From: a virus
Virus record (IMG/VR): IMGVR_UViG_3300021961_000019
Direction: 5' to 3' (one strand)
Length of the DNA: 64,000 nt
The position numbers were made by a program, and so were the translations under genes. Of this stretch, positions 27,219-36,516 are shown one piece after another (within the stretch, counting starts at the first letter, position 1; each line of letters opens with the position of its first letter). Below the pieces are notes generated by a model. It had not been told where the DNA came from. It searched no databases and was given only the letters and a program-made list of their open reading frames with translations.

Positions 27219-27393
27219 GTGCTCTTACCTTTTGAACATCTATAATAAGTTGTTGCTTTTGCTCATCAAACTGAACACCATCTCCCTTATCAAGGAGTGA
27301 TGCCAATCCAACGGCAATACAATATTCACATACCTTCCAACCAAAAGCAGATCCCAAAATAAATGACAAAATTACATAAACTGGTGTGGGCAT
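27187..27393 (-). CDS. Membrane hypothetical protein
   Basis: Hydrophobic N-terminus. Confidence 0.55.
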   Translation of the reverse strand: MPTPVYVILSFILGSAFGWKVCEYCIAVGLASLLDKGDGVQFDEQKQQLIIDVQKVRALGFGGDEGDT

Positions 27394-27395
27394 AA

Positions 27396-27710
27396 TTACC
27401 TCATTACACTAAAAGGATTTCTATCTGGATATGCATAAAATTGAACATAACGCGATAATCTATCCAATTTTGCGGGATCCATCAACATAGATGCTGGGAC
27501 CGCGTTTAATTGTTTGTTGTATTTATGCATCCACGTTTTTAGTCTACTCAAAAGAACCGTCTCACCATCACTTGTGTTTTTGTAGATGTGATGGAGATCA
27601 TAATACAATTGAATAACCTTGCTCTCATTGCATATCATGCTCACGGAGATACTTAACTCTGTGGCAATTGTTCTAATGTCTTTAAAGAATAATTCTGATT
27701 GGGTCATCTT
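27396..27710 (-). CDS. Hypothetical protein
   Basis: ATGA coupled with upstream ORF. Confidence 0.55.
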   Translation of the reverse strand, partial: KMTQSELFFKDIRTIATELSISVSMICNESKVIQLYYDLHHIYKNTSDGETVLLSRLKTWMHKYNKQLNAVPASMLMDPAKLDRLSRYVQFYAYPDRNPFSVMR

Positions 27711-27850
27711 ATACAAATTTTAACATTTTTTGCGCCATTTTCCTTGACGTAACTCTCCCACCGAATGGCATCTATAAGTTCAAAGAAGGTCGCTGATTGC
27801 TCAGAATACCCCTTTTTCTTTGGTTTCGTGTACATAACAACGTATCGCAT
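27704..27850 (-). CDS. Small basic protein (48 aa, MRYVVMYTKPKKKGYS...)
   Basis: Manual ORF. Confidence 0.6.
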   Translation of the reverse strand: MRYVVMYTKPKKKGYSEQSATFFELIDAIRWESYVKENGAKNVKICIR

Positions 27851-27919
27851 CAAAAGAAACTCCAAATCAAAAAGAAACCAAGAATTAAATTAACTGCGAT
27901 CCAGACCCTCAGGTGTCTA

Positions 27920-28093
27920 TCACTCATTATACTGCTCCATACACTGCAAGTAACCTGCTTCAAATGCAGATTTGAGCCATATCTTCATCGTTTTGTAGTC
28001 GCGGGTGTCAACAGAATGCTCATAATCATCCCAGAAACGCTCCGATCTAAATGCAAATCCTTCCAATTCCTCAAACCAAGCATCAAAATCCAT
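27920..28093 (-). CDS. Small hypothetical protein (57 aa, MDFDAWFEELEGFAFRSERF...)
   Basis: Manual ORF; TAATG coupling. Confidence 0.65.
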   Translation of the reverse strand: MDFDAWFEELEGFAFRSERFWDDYEHSVDTRDYKTMKIWLKSAFEAGYLQCMEQYNE

Positions 28094-28320
28094 TATCCGA
28101 ACCCCCCGGATTTCTTTCGGTGTTTGTTTTTCTTTTCTGGTTTTAGTGGTTCCACATCTACAACTTGCACATAACCTTTCAGATTATCTGGAATCATGCG
28201 CCAAAGTCCATACAAGTGCTCATAATCTTCAACCATCACCTTTTGTCCATCATTAAGAACAACTTTGTACGTGTGTCTGACGTAGGGTTCGGAAGAGGTT
28301 GCTGAAAATTGAGTTGTCAT
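28093..28320 (-). CDS. Conserved cyanophage hypothetical protein
   Basis: SSEPYVRHTYKVV motif. Confidence 0.7.
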   Translation of the reverse strand: MTTQFSATSSEPYVRHTYKVVLNDGQKVMVEDYEHLYGLWRMIPDNLKGYVQVVDVEPLKPEKKNKHRKKSGGFG

Positions 28321-28568
28321 GACTTGAAGAAATTATCTAAATCTGAGAAGAGTTTACGTTGATCCTTTTTAGTTTTTGATTCAACTGCAGTAAAGTCACC
28401 ACCATCCTTAATGGAAATCTTGTAATTACTTACAGAAGTTCTCTCCAAGTATTTTTGGAGATGCTCTTTACATTGAAAGAAGCACCTCTTTGCAAGTTTC
28501 TTTCCATCATACTCTTCCAGTCTAATTGGCATAGATTCGTATGGAAAGTAATCGTCAGAGTTTTTCAT
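28317..28568 (-). CDS. Conserved cyanophage hypothetical protein
   Basis: FPYESMPIRLE...CFFQCKEHLQKYL motif. Confidence 0.7.
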   Translation of the reverse strand: MKNSDDYFPYESMPIRLEEYDGKKLAKRCFFQCKEHLQKYLERTSVSNYKISIKDGGDFTAVESKTKKDQRKLFSDLDNFFKS

Positions 28569-28759
28569 AGTTCAGTATAATCTGATGCAACTTTTTGAAT
28601 GCGAATTGTCTGTGTTTTCTCATCCACACTCCATTCTACCACAGTTCCTTCACCCCAACCCAAACTACGAAGTAATTCTTCATGAAGATCAAGAACTAAT
28701 TCACCATTCACTTCACGAACTAGTGAATAATACAATTTGCTATTCGGATTCATCATCAT
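28565..28759 (-). CDS. AbrB/MazE-like (swapped-hairpin) DNA-binding protein
   Basis: GELVLDLHEELLRSLGWGEGTVVEW pattern. Confidence 0.55.
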   Translation of the reverse strand: MMMNPNSKLYYSLVREVNGELVLDLHEELLRSLGWGEGTVVEWSVDEKTQTIRIQKVASDYTEL

Positions 28760-29003
28760 CACCTCTGCCTTTTGGCCATGTGTGGCCGCATAGGTCAAAA
28801 GAGAACCCAAGCTTGCCAAGAACAAACAAGAAACTCAAAAGTCTACCATACCCACAACTCATTTGGAGGTATAGTCCACTACCATAAACAGACCAATCAA
28901 ATTCTACTTGAAGAAAGGAGAAATTCCGACCCTTCAATAGGGTCAAGTACCATTCACCACCAAAGTCTTCATTATATCCAAAATCAACAATTTTAAAGTC
29001 CAT
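28740..29003 (-). CDS. Hypothetical protein
   Basis: 87 aa ORF. Confidence 0.6.
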   Translation of the reverse strand: MDFKIVDFGYNEDFGGEWYLTLLKGRNFSFLQVEFDWSVYGSGLYLQMSCGYGRLLSFLFVLGKLGFSFDLCGHTWPKGRGDDDESE

Positions 29004-29241
29004 GTGCGCGATAATTTACTGGATTTGTTGTTTCATTAAATGCATTTCTATAATTCACCGGATCAATTGCTTGATTAGGAACTCTTCTATAATTCACATA
29101 CTCACTTCGTTCAATTAATTCTGCCTTTATAGCGTTGATGAAATCACTTTCATCCCACGTATTTAGAATTTGCCCCTCCAGACTATTGGAATCCCAATCA
29201 ATAAGTAAACTACCATCGGGATTTTCTGTGACGTTGATCAT
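28993..29241 (-). CDS. Hypothetical protein
   Basis: INVTENPDGSLLIDWD motif; AAAGGA RBS. Confidence 0.7.
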   Translation of the reverse strand: MINVTENPDGSLLIDWDSNSLEGQILNTWDESDFINAIKAELIERSEYVNYRRVPNQAIDPVNYRNAFNETTNPVNYRAHGL

Positions 29242-29266
29242 AGAGATTTCCTTTTGCTACATTCTT

Positions 29267-29323
29267 ATTATACGAAAAAAGGCACACCACCGAAGGGGGG
29301 GATGTGCCACTTTATGAACTGTC
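29267..29323 (-). promoter_or_regulatory. Class-2 promoter element
   Basis: GACAGTTCATAAAGTGGC, then TATAAT. Confidence 0.75.
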
Positions 29324-29324
29324 C

Positions 29325-29636
29325 TCACATATTCATGTGCAGTTGGCCTACATTCAATAGGTCCCAAAACAAAACACTAGAATCTGGATCACTACCCAAA
29401 TACCAATTCCACTCCGTGTAAGTTACTGCCAACCCATGAACACCACGGACAAATTCTATCCATGCTGGGTGTAAAGACTTATTTCTAACATCAAATACAT
29501 TATGAACATTCACCACAGGAACCCATAGACCATGCTCGTCATATTCTCCTGCAGGTGGCGTAGATGCAACCCAAGCGTCATATCTTGCTCTAATATCTGC
29601 AACAACCTTAGCAAACATCATACCTTTTACCTTCAT
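29325..29636 (-). CDS. Hypothetical protein
   Basis: 103 aa ORF. Confidence 0.55.
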   Translation of the reverse strand: MKVKGMMFAKVVADIRARYDAWVASTPPAGEYDEHGLWVPVVNVHNVFDVRNKSLHPAWIEFVRGVHGLAVTYTEWNWYLGSDPDSSVLFWDLLNVGQLHMNM

Positions 29637-29654
29637 ACTAGAGTATATATTGAA

Positions 29655-29897
29655 TCAAAAAATACCTTGTTCTTTAAGATACTGCAGCGACTCTTTCAAT
29701 CCACCAATATGTTTAAACCCAATTGAAACTTGTGGATATTCAGATTCACTTCCAAATTCTGCGCGAAACTGTCTATCACTAAAGTCAATACCCAATTCAT
29801 ACTCATGATATTCACCGCCAAGACTAGTCAAAAGCATACGAATACGCTCACATTCCTGGCTGCCATTTGAATATAAAACTACAGTTTCTTCAATCAT
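29655..29897 (-). CDS. Glutaredoxin-like protein (single Cys, SQEC)
   Basis: Grx fold motifs (YPQV..., HIGG); N-terminal Cys of CxxC absent. Confidence 0.7.
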   Translation of the reverse strand: MIEETVVLYSNGSQECERIRMLLTSLGGEYHEYELGIDFSDRQFRAEFGSESEYPQVSIGFKHIGGLKESLQYLKEQGIF

Positions 29898-30129
29898 TTG
29901 ATTTCTCACAGTGTAAAAAATACTTATATTCGGCAAGAGGGCCGTAGTGCCATTGAATTATATCACATCCTTTGTACTCTCCAACCACCTTAGTGGACTG
30001 TTCTTCAACTGGCGGATTCTGTACCGATCCAATAAAGATCAGTCCTCCGATGAAAACTCCTACAACAAAAACAATAATCCCAACACCCTCCACAAACTCT
30101 CTGAGTGCATGTTTATCATCTTCAGTCAT
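29890..30129 (-). CDS. Membrane protein, paralog of 31916..32170
   Basis: Shares 62-bp identical segment (VVGEYKGCDIIQWHYGPLAEY). Confidence 0.7.
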   Translation of the reverse strand: MTEDDKHALREFVEGVGIIVFVVGVFIGGLIFIGSVQNPPVEEQSTKVVGEYKGCDIIQWHYGPLAEYKYFLHCEKSND

Positions 30130-30427
30130 AGGTAGATACCAGAAATACTTTGATAGTTTGTCCATCATCTTGTAGTGACACCTGAACGTTAGAACATTCA
30201 TAACGAACATACTCACGTCCATCACTACCAATTACCTCTACACGGGTGACATCAGGATAACTCCTGATGACATCTTTGTGTTCAAGATCATCTTCATCCC
30301 ATGGTTTCTGCCCGAAGGTTTCGCGATCAATTCCAAGAGATTTCAATGCAAGATCCTCATTGAATCCATCATAGGTAGTGTCTAACCAGGGAGCATCATC
30401 TTTGTCAGGTAAATTGTGCTCAGTCAT
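30122..30427 (-). CDS. Hypothetical protein
   Basis: VTRVEVIG..GREYV motif; start moved. Confidence 0.65.
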   Translation of the reverse strand: MTEHNLPDKDDAPWLDTTYDGFNEDLALKSLGIDRETFGQKPWDEDDLEHKDVIRSYPDVTRVEVIGSDGREYVRYECSNVQVSLQDDGQTIKVFLVSTYD

Positions 30428-30611
30428 CAATTTGCCCCTCATAAGAGTAATTCACATATAGATTGTCTCCACCAATGTTTAGGTGGTACATTTTGCCATC
30501 TGCAAGATAGATTCCCATCCACACAGCACGACCTTCTTCCATGGTTTCAAAGTGAAACATTCTCACATTTTCCAGAACAATTTCGTCTGGATTCTTTATA
30601 AAGTGTGTCAT
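30420..30611 (-). CDS. Hypothetical protein
   Basis: 63 aa; coupled to neighbours. Confidence 0.65.
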   Translation of the reverse strand: MTHFIKNPDEIVLENVRMFHFETMEEGRAVWMGIYLADGKMYHLNIGGDNLYVNYSYEGQIDD

Positions 30612-31105
30612 TATGAATAATTATAATGGACTTGAGTATAAAAGTGAAAGAAACATTTTTTCCCAATTCTACTCAGTATTGGTGGTAGGTATTGAGACCA
30701 TTCGCGCAAAAAGTCCTCTTCTGTGTGAAAGTCCAATCCATGACAATGCCACGTGCCAAATTCATCCATAAACTCCCTTACAGCACGATACTCTCTATCG
30801 TTGCCAGGAACTCCATACGGATCTTCTGGACTAAGATCTTTGGCAGTTGGAAGTGCTTGCGTAATCATTAAGCAAACAGTTTGACCCTCTCCAGTTCCAT
30901 AATAACTGGAGGACATGAACATCCAAGGTTCATCAAGACCCTTAATACCGAATCGCATCTCATAATTAGTTTTTCGGTCTGCGGCAATATTTAGAATGTT
31001 TGTGTGACGAACTTCTTCCAATTGTGCAAGGGCATCGTCTCTCTCAATCAATCGTTCAATTCTCTCACCCTCAGGAAGATGCTTCAAAGATTTAATATCA
31101 GTCAT
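30611..31105 (-). CDS. Hypothetical protein, paralog of C-terminal part of 32177..32776
   Basis: YYGTGEGQTVCLMITQA...FGTW...VHYN shared. Confidence 0.7.
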   Translation of the reverse strand: MTDIKSLKHLPEGERIERLIERDDALAQLEEVRHTNILNIAADRKTNYEMRFGIKGLDEPWMFMSSSYYGTGEGQTVCLMITQALPTAKDLSPEDPYGVPGNDREYRAVREFMDEFGTWHCHGLDFHTEEDFLREWSQYLPPILSRIGKKCFFHFYTQVHYNYS

Positions 31106-31280
31106 AAGGCAATTGCACGTCTTTGTGCCATACTCTGGTGAATACTAACCATGGTTCAACTTGGTGTGACATTTCTGCCATCCAGTGCTGACCATTCTCA
31201 TCAATTGCATCCAAATAATGAATGCGACTTTGGGGATCAATCGTGCGGGTGACTGATGTAAATTTTACTCTCTCAATCAT
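31098..31280 (-). CDS. Hypothetical protein
   Basis: 60 aa; coupled to neighbours. Confidence 0.6.
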   Translation of the reverse strand: MIERVKFTSVTRTIDPQSRIHYLDAIDENGQHWMAEMSHQVEPWLVFTRVWHKDVQLPYD

Positions 31281-31504
31281 ACTCCGTCTCCAGTTTCTTG
31301 CCAGTCAGTCATGTATTCATGTTGGTGTGCCTGCCACCTCAAAAGTGTAGGAATACAAGAAGGTTGAATTCCAATTTGCTCCAAAACTTCTTCAAACCAA
31401 TCTGCTGTAGCATCAATCACTGCTTGTGCTTCTGCCTCCTCATTGGGTGGTGCTGTTTGAAGGGCATTTTCAATCATCTTGAGAAGTTTAGTTTTGTCAG
31501 TCAT
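31277..31504 (-). CDS. Hypothetical protein sharing N-terminus with 32177..32776
   Basis: 59-bp identical segment (MTDKTKLLKMIENALQTAP). Confidence 0.7.
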   Translation of the reverse strand: MTDKTKLLKMIENALQTAPPNEEAEAQAVIDATADWFEEVLEQIGIQPSCIPTLLRWQAHQHEYMTDWQETGDGV

Positions 31505-31761
31505 CAGTCCTGTCCGCTAAAGTTCCATTTACTATTAAAGAATACTCTCGTCCAAAATCTAATCCATCGATTTGGAATAGGAAAATTATCACTTTTATAA
31601 AATGAGATTACCAGTTGTTCCTGCCCAAACAAATCACACTTACAAATCACTTCTGGTTGATTAAAATAAGAAGCATTATAAGGATATGGTAGATTATCCC
31701 CCAAAGGTTTTACTGGTTGTCCTTCGTTGATTTCATTGTTCATCAGTTTTCTCATAAGCAT
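31504..31761 (-). CDS. Hypothetical protein
   Basis: 85 aa; start uncertain. Confidence 0.5.
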   Translation of the reverse strand: MLMRKLMNNEINEGQPVKPLGDNLPYPYNASYFNQPEVICKCDLFGQEQLVISFYKSDNFPIPNRWIRFWTRVFFNSKWNFSGQD

Positions 31762-31915
31762 CCTGAACCATCTCTGCGATTTCCATCACTTCTGCTTTGA
31801 ACTCTGGTTTTGCGGTCTTTGAAACCTCATCATAGAACAGAGTGAGGGCAGTTGTCAATAGAATCAGTTGGCGTTTTGTGAAATCCATTTTAGTTGTTTT
31901 CCTGATAAATGGCGT

Positions 31916-32170
31916 TTATTCGGAATCCTGATATTTTGGGCAATATAGGAAATACTTGTATTCGGCAAGAGGGCCGTAGTGCCATTGAATTATATCACAT
32001 CCTTTGTACTCTCCAACCACTTTGGTGGTCTGTTCTTTAACTGGCACAGTCTTAGTGCCTGATGCCCAAACGATATAGGAAAGCACTAAACAAAGACCAA
32101 TAAAAACAATACTAGCACTCCCAAAACCACGCAGAAACTCTTTCAAAAATTCTTTATCATCTTGTGTCAT
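31916..32170 (-). CDS. Membrane protein, paralog of 29890..30129
   Basis: 62-bp identical segment. Confidence 0.7.
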   Translation of the reverse strand: MTQDDKEFLKEFLRGFGSASIVFIGLCLVLSYIVWASGTKTVPVKEQTTKVVGEYKGCDIIQWHYGPLAEYKYFLYCPKYQDSE

Positions 32171-32176
32171 AGTAAT

Positions 32177-32776
32177 TTATGAGAAATTGTAATGAACACG
32201 GGTGTAGAAGTCTTTGAAGCAACTCCGATTGAGAAGCTTCATCATCGCTGGAGGAATGTAGTATGAATATTCACTAAAGAAATCTTCTTTAGTGAGAAAT
32301 CTGAGACCATGAAGATACCAAGTGCCAAACTGTTGGTGAAACTCTCTCACAGCACGATATTGTTTGGAGTTGATAGGCACATACTTATGCTCTTCATCAA
32401 AGTCATCACCATAAGGAGTTGCTTGAGTCATCATAATACACATAGTTTGATCTTCGCCTGTGCCGAAGTATTCACTAACCATATACACCCAGTATTCATC
32501 AACTGGGAATACATCACGCTGATACTTCTCCTCGTAATCTTTCATACAAGCATCAGCGACCAGTTGGAAGTTTTCTTTCTTCTTTGCTTCCAACTCGGCA
32601 CGTAGTTCTACTTTTTCAGTTTCAGCAAGTGCTTTGAGTGCATAATACTTATCAATAGCACCACAAGCAGTTTGAATCACTTTGTTTTTTGCTTCACGAC
32701 GCTCTGCTTCTTCATTAGGTGGTGCTGTTTGAAGGGCATTTTCAATCATCTTGAGAAGTTTAGTTTTGTCAGTCAT
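32177..32776 (-). CDS. Chimeric hypothetical protein
   Basis: N-terminus matches 31277 gene, C-terminus homologous to 30611 gene; ATGA start at 32776. Confidence 0.7.
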   Translation of the reverse strand: MTDKTKLLKMIENALQTAPPNEEAERREAKNKVIQTACGAIDKYYALKALAETEKVELRAELEAKKKENFQLVADACMKDYEEKYQRDVFPVDEYWVYMVSEYFGTGEDQTMCIMMTQATPYGDDFDEEHKYVPINSKQYRAVREFHQQFGTWYLHGLRFLTKEDFFSEYSYYIPPAMMKLLNRSCFKDFYTRVHYNFS

Positions 32777-32967
32777 ACATCCCACTCCCTTGCTTCCCAG
32801 TCCATCAAACACATTTCACCTTGCTCCTTGTCTGTGTAGTTTTCATAAGCATACTGACGGCACTCTTCTTCTGTGCCTTCAAACAGCAAATCCCACATTT
32901 TGTGGTCTCCATCATAGGTAATACGATAAAGTCCCCATTCATCATAACAATCAGGAAAGATTGGCAT
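32773..32967 (-). CDS. Hypothetical protein
   Basis: 64 aa; coupled to neighbours. Confidence 0.6.
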   Translation of the reverse strand: MPIFPDCYDEWGLYRITYDGDHKMWDLLFEGTEEECRQYAYENYTDKEQGEMCLMDWEAREWDV

Positions 32968-33256
32968 ACTTTGCCTCCACTTCTTTCACACGATCCATAA
33001 AACTATCATCACCATGGTCACCTGAATACAGATAATCAATGTGCCTCATAATCTCTGCCATCTTCCTCATCTTGGGAATTTGTGCTTTCATATACTCAAT
33101 GGATTCATCAGAATATTTGGGATAGTAATCAACACCATAGTATCCAGTATCATTACGCTCCTTACCATTGTTGAGGATCTCTTCCTCCAACTCATCAGCA
33201 AACTGATAAACTTTATAGTAATCGTATCCACAGTCAGTAAAGTGTCCGCCGCTCAT
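32951..33256 (-). CDS. Hypothetical protein (MSGGHF...IDYLYSGDHG)
   Basis: 101 aa. Confidence 0.7.
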   Translation of the reverse strand: MSGGHFTDCGYDYYKVYQFADELEEEILNNGKERNDTGYYGVDYYPKYSDESIEYMKAQIPKMRKMAEIMRHIDYLYSGDHGDDSFMDRVKEVEAKYANLS

Positions 33257-33465
33257 TTGCTGTCCTCCAGTTCATCAAGTTTCTCATTCATAATACCAGT
33301 CATGTCAAGTGTGCGTGGGTCAATACCAGCATCAGTGCAATCCATGATAAACTCCATGAAGGCACCTAGAATAAGACAGGCACGGCGTTTGTCATGCTCT
33401 GTGATGGTAGTGTGAGGCATGGCAACATAATTCACCACATGATCGTAGAGTTCGTCGTAAGTCAT
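33253..33465 (-). CDS. Hypothetical protein
   Basis: 70 aa; coupled to neighbours. Confidence 0.65.
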   Translation of the reverse strand: MTYDELYDHVVNYVAMPHTTITEHDKRRACLILGAFMEFIMDCTDAGIDPRTLDMTGIMNEKLDELEDSK

Positions 33466-33662
33466 TTGAATTGCTCTAATACATCAATGAAATGTTGGAT
33501 ACAATCTTTGGGAATGTGGATGGTTTGGTATCCAGGACCATTACCATCCTCTACACTCACAGTGCCACATTCATCAGCAGTGAAATCAAAACTCCAACCA
33601 TCTTCTTCTTGTTCAATTTTGATGTATTTGGTGATCGTGTAGGTCATCGGTCCTTTGCTCAT
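33462..33662 (-). CDS. Hypothetical protein
   Basis: 66 aa; coupled to neighbours. Confidence 0.6.
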   Translation of the reverse strand: MSKGPMTYTITKYIKIEQEEDGWSFDFTADECGTVSVEDGNGPGYQTIHIPKDCIQHFIDVLEQFK

Positions 33663-33678
33663 ACAGTCATCATAAGGT

Positions 33679-33705
33679 AAAAACCACCCCCAGAAGGAGG
33701 TGGTG
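33679..33705 (-). terminator. Probable Rho-independent terminator
   Basis: CCACC..GGTGG stem plus U-tract. Confidence 0.55.
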
Positions 33706-33724
33706 TGTCAGTTCTTCAACTGGA

Positions 33725-33913
33725 TCAGGATCGGCCGCGCAAATTCCAAGGATCAACACCAGGAGGAATCGGATCATCCCACGTGTCTTCTTCAAGTTCA
33801 ATAATTTGCTCTACAAGATCCATAATAGTTGGTTGCTTGTCCATGGGCCGAGCAAATACTGTATCCCACCACTCAGAGATGACAAAGTATAGTTCTTTTT
33901 CGCGATCAGTCAT
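33725..33913 (-). CDS. Hypothetical protein
   Basis: 62 aa. Confidence 0.55.
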   Translation of the reverse strand: MTDREKELYFVISEWWDTVFARPMDKQPTIMDLVEQIIELEEDTWDDPIPPGVDPWNLRGRS

Positions 33914-34241
33914 CTAACTCAACATCCTCCAAAAGATCCGAAAGTCTTTCCAATTCCTCCAAGTCCATCGGAATAACTTTTTCTTCACCCCGATCAATTC
34001 TATCACACATGTCCATCAAGTATTCAAGAAACTCTTTAGGTAGAGTTTCATCCATATTGATGCTTCCCCAGAACCATTCATAACATTCTTGGTATGGGTC
34101 ATCGGTTGGAAGTAAGGCATAACCATCATAGTTTCCACTAACCAGATCACGCCACATTTTGAAGTTATTCCACATCTCCCGCCAACCAGTTTGAAGGCAG
34201 TGTCCAAAGTAATATTCAAACCAATTCAATTTTGTTTTCAT
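33906..34241 (-). CDS. Conserved cyanophage hypothetical protein
   Basis: WFEYY...CYEWFWGSIN..ET motif. Confidence 0.7.
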   Translation of the reverse strand: MKTKLNWFEYYFGHCLQTGWREMWNNFKMWRDLVSGNYDGYALLPTDDPYQECYEWFWGSINMDETLPKEFLEYLMDMCDRIDRGEEKVIPMDLEELERLSDLLEDVELDD

Positions 34242-34441
34242 CGGACTTTATATGGTGAATTTGGACATTCTGGATGAAAAACACCCTCAATATAACAAGC
34301 TGGATATGGACCACTCTCCTTTTTTCTTGGCATCGCCATCTGAACTGCTCTGACAGGATTATCTACGACCCTGTTAAACTCTTCAAATGGGACATCCTGT
34401 AAACATCCCAGCAGAATACATGCGATGGGAAGTATAATCAT
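34238..34441 (-). CDS. Small protein with lipobox-like LLGC
   Basis: Hydrophobic N-terminus then Cys. Confidence 0.5.
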   Translation of the reverse strand: MIILPIACILLGCLQDVPFEEFNRVVDNPVRAVQMAMPRKKESGPYPACYIEGVFHPECPNSPYKVR

Positions 34442-34535
34442 TATTTCCGCAGTCCTTTAATAAGTTTAATAGCAATATCGGTCACATAATATCCGATAAA
34501 AAACCAGATAATAAAAGTGGCAACGTATGAAAGAA

Positions 34536-35102
34536 TCATGATTCATCTCCAAAATTATGACTACCGGGATGTTCGACTTCATTCAGGGGATCATGCTTTA
34601 TAAGAGGCATAACATCGCGCATAATTTCCTCAGTCATCGCTTCAACCTCTTCATCAGTATAATTTGGATTATCTGGATTTAAAGCACGTGAAAGTTGTGC
34701 CTTCAAGTCAAGAACAACCTCACTCAACTCCTTTACACGGGTCTCTGCTGCCAGAGCACGTTCTTCCACGGGAAGAAGAACTTCTACAATACGCTCACCC
34801 AAGTCCTCATCAAGAACAATATCGTTATTCTCAGCAACCTTACGCATATCTTCGACTCTGCGCATCTCATTAAATGCACATTGCGCTGCTCCGTCCATGA
34901 TAGTTTCGTCCGCAAATCCAACTGCGCGAAGAAAACTATTGAACAGATTGAAATACTGATGAATATTCAGATCTGTCACAGGAGATTGAATCTCAACTGT
35001 TTGATTATCGACTAGATCTTTATAGATGGAGTTATACTCAGAACCTGCTGTATGATACACAATCTTAACATAGCCATCAGAAATCATACTCTGTTTCCTC
35101 AT
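34536..35102 (-). CDS. Conserved cyanophage hypothetical protein (coiled-coil C-terminus)
   Basis: DLNIHQYF..F.SFLRAVGF motif. Confidence 0.7.
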   Translation of the reverse strand: MRKQSMISDGYVKIVYHTAGSEYNSIYKDLVDNQTVEIQSPVTDLNIHQYFNLFNSFLRAVGFADETIMDGAAQCAFNEMRRVEDMRKVAENNDIVLDEDLGERIVEVLLPVEERALAAETRVKELSEVVLDLKAQLSRALNPDNPNYTDEEVEAMTEEIMRDVMPLIKHDPLNEVEHPGSHNFGDES

Positions 35103-35112
35103 TCATATATTC

Positions 35113-35167
35113 AGTATAGCATCAACAGACGCCATATGGCAAGTGCCAGGACACTTTGATGATTGTC
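35113..35167 (-). promoter_or_regulatory. Class-2 promoter element
   Basis: GACAATCATCAAAGTGTC centred at -52.5, plus TATACT. Confidence 0.65.
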
Positions 35168-35170
35168 ACA

Positions 35171-35404
35171 TCATGGTAATATTCCGAAAACAGGATCATC
35201 GCCATCATCTATTTTACACTCTGTAAATCTGGATCGAATGCTTAAATCAGATTCAATCCAAAAATTAACACTTGCCTTTGCGTGAGATCCAGGTCTTTCA
35301 ATCCCAACCCAATAATGTTGAGAACCTAATTTTTCAATTCTTACATCAACATTTTTAAAATACAGTTTGCCAAAATCATTTGCTTCGGAAAAGGCCATTT
35401 GCAA
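35171..35404 (-). CDS. Hypothetical protein
   Basis: 77 aa. Confidence 0.55.
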   Translation of the reverse strand: MQMAFSEANDFGKLYFKNVDVRIEKLGSQHYWVGIERPGSHAKASVNFWIESDLSIRSRFTECKIDDGDDPVFGILP

Positions 35405-35554
35405 CTCCTGCGGTTAATCGTCATCGCGACCATGCAATCTTCCAATTAAATAACCAAGATACAATCCGCCAACGAAAAACACATAAAGATAAAAAACTTG
35501 TGTTAAAACTTTTAAAGTTTCTGTAAACAAGAACTCAAATTCACTTTGCATAAT

Positions 35555-35872
35555 TTAATCACGTGTTCTCCAATCATCTGTATCTTCACGCTTGAACCAA
35601 TCCACAATATCATCAGCACCATTAAATTGTGTGCGATGATTTCTTGGATCTGGATCACCCAAATCCATAATATTCATGAAATTGTCCAAACTATCTTCGT
35701 GCATATTTGGATTAGATGCTCTTCGCCTTGCTTGACGAAGCATTGTTCCTGCCGATCTATTTGACTTTGCAAGTTTCTCTGCCCAAATCATGTCTTCCAA
35801 TCCAACCGGTTCACCCGTGGCAATTCGGTTGCAAATTTCTTCTAATCTCAGACGATATTGTGTTGAAAGCAT
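35555..35872 (-). CDS. Conserved cyanophage hypothetical protein
   Basis: MLSTQYRLRLEEIC...DMIWAEKLAK motif. Confidence 0.8.
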   Translation of the reverse strand: MLSTQYRLRLEEICNRIATGEPVGLEDMIWAEKLAKSNRSAGTMLRQARRRASNPNMHEDSLDNFMNIMDLGDPDPRNHRTQFNGADDIVDWFKREDTDDWRTRD

Positions 35873-35892
35873 TTGTATTGTAGCCTCTTGAA

Positions 35893-36123
35893 TTATTTTG
35901 ATTGAGTATCGTGCAGCATCGATTCTAGCTCATTAAGTCTAGAAAATTCTGCATATGCCTTTTCTGACCGGGCAGAAAGAATACTATGAATATCACTCAG
36001 AATTATATTGTTGTCAACATAATCGTCCAAGTATTTGTCCAACGCCTCCTGTAGAAAACGTCTTCGATGCCACTCTTTGGAGTATGGTTTATAATGATTC
36101 ATTTTAGTCGTCACACACTCCAT
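35893..36123 (-). CDS. Hypothetical protein
   Basis: YKPYSKEWHRRRFL motif. Confidence 0.65.
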   Translation of the reverse strand: MECVTTKMNHYKPYSKEWHRRRFLQEALDKYLDDYVDNNIILSDIHSILSARSEKAYAEFSRLNELESMLHDTQSK

Positions 36124-36355
36124 GCATACTAAGCATTTCTTCTGCTATTTTCTGATATTTGCGATCCAAATGCCACTTAACAATGGGATTTTTTGGATTG
36201 TGGCGAATATGCCAATTTACAATGAACCACATTCGTTGGACATTGAGTTTAATCATCGCAACAACAAGCAGAAAAAATTCTGCAATAGAGTTGTCCGTCA
36301 CAATGAAATAACCTAGAACAGCAAAAATTGCTGTCCAAATGTATAATTGAATCAT
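36104..36355 (-). CDS. Membrane hypothetical protein
   Basis: TM segment; HPKNP-like motif. Confidence 0.65.
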   Translation of the reverse strand: MIQLYIWTAIFAVLGYFIVTDNSIAEFFLLVVAMIKLNVQRMWFIVNWHIRHNPKNPIVKWHLDRKYQKIAEEMLSMHGVCDD

Positions 36356-36516
36356 GAGTTCCGTTTTCCTCTGAGATACTCCAAAAGTTCATTCTTGATT
36401 ATGTCCAACTCCCTCTCACACGCATTTTCCTTCGCCATACTTCGAATTCTTGAATGAACTTCGCAAAGATCTTCAAACATTAAATCGCAGGCACTTAGAT
36501 ACGCTTCGTCAGTCAT
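36352..36516 (-). CDS. Small hypothetical protein (MTDEAYL...)
   Basis: Start moved. Confidence 0.5.
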   Translation of the reverse strand: MTDEAYLSACDLMFEDLCEVHSRIRSMAKENACERELDIIKNELLEYLRGKRNS

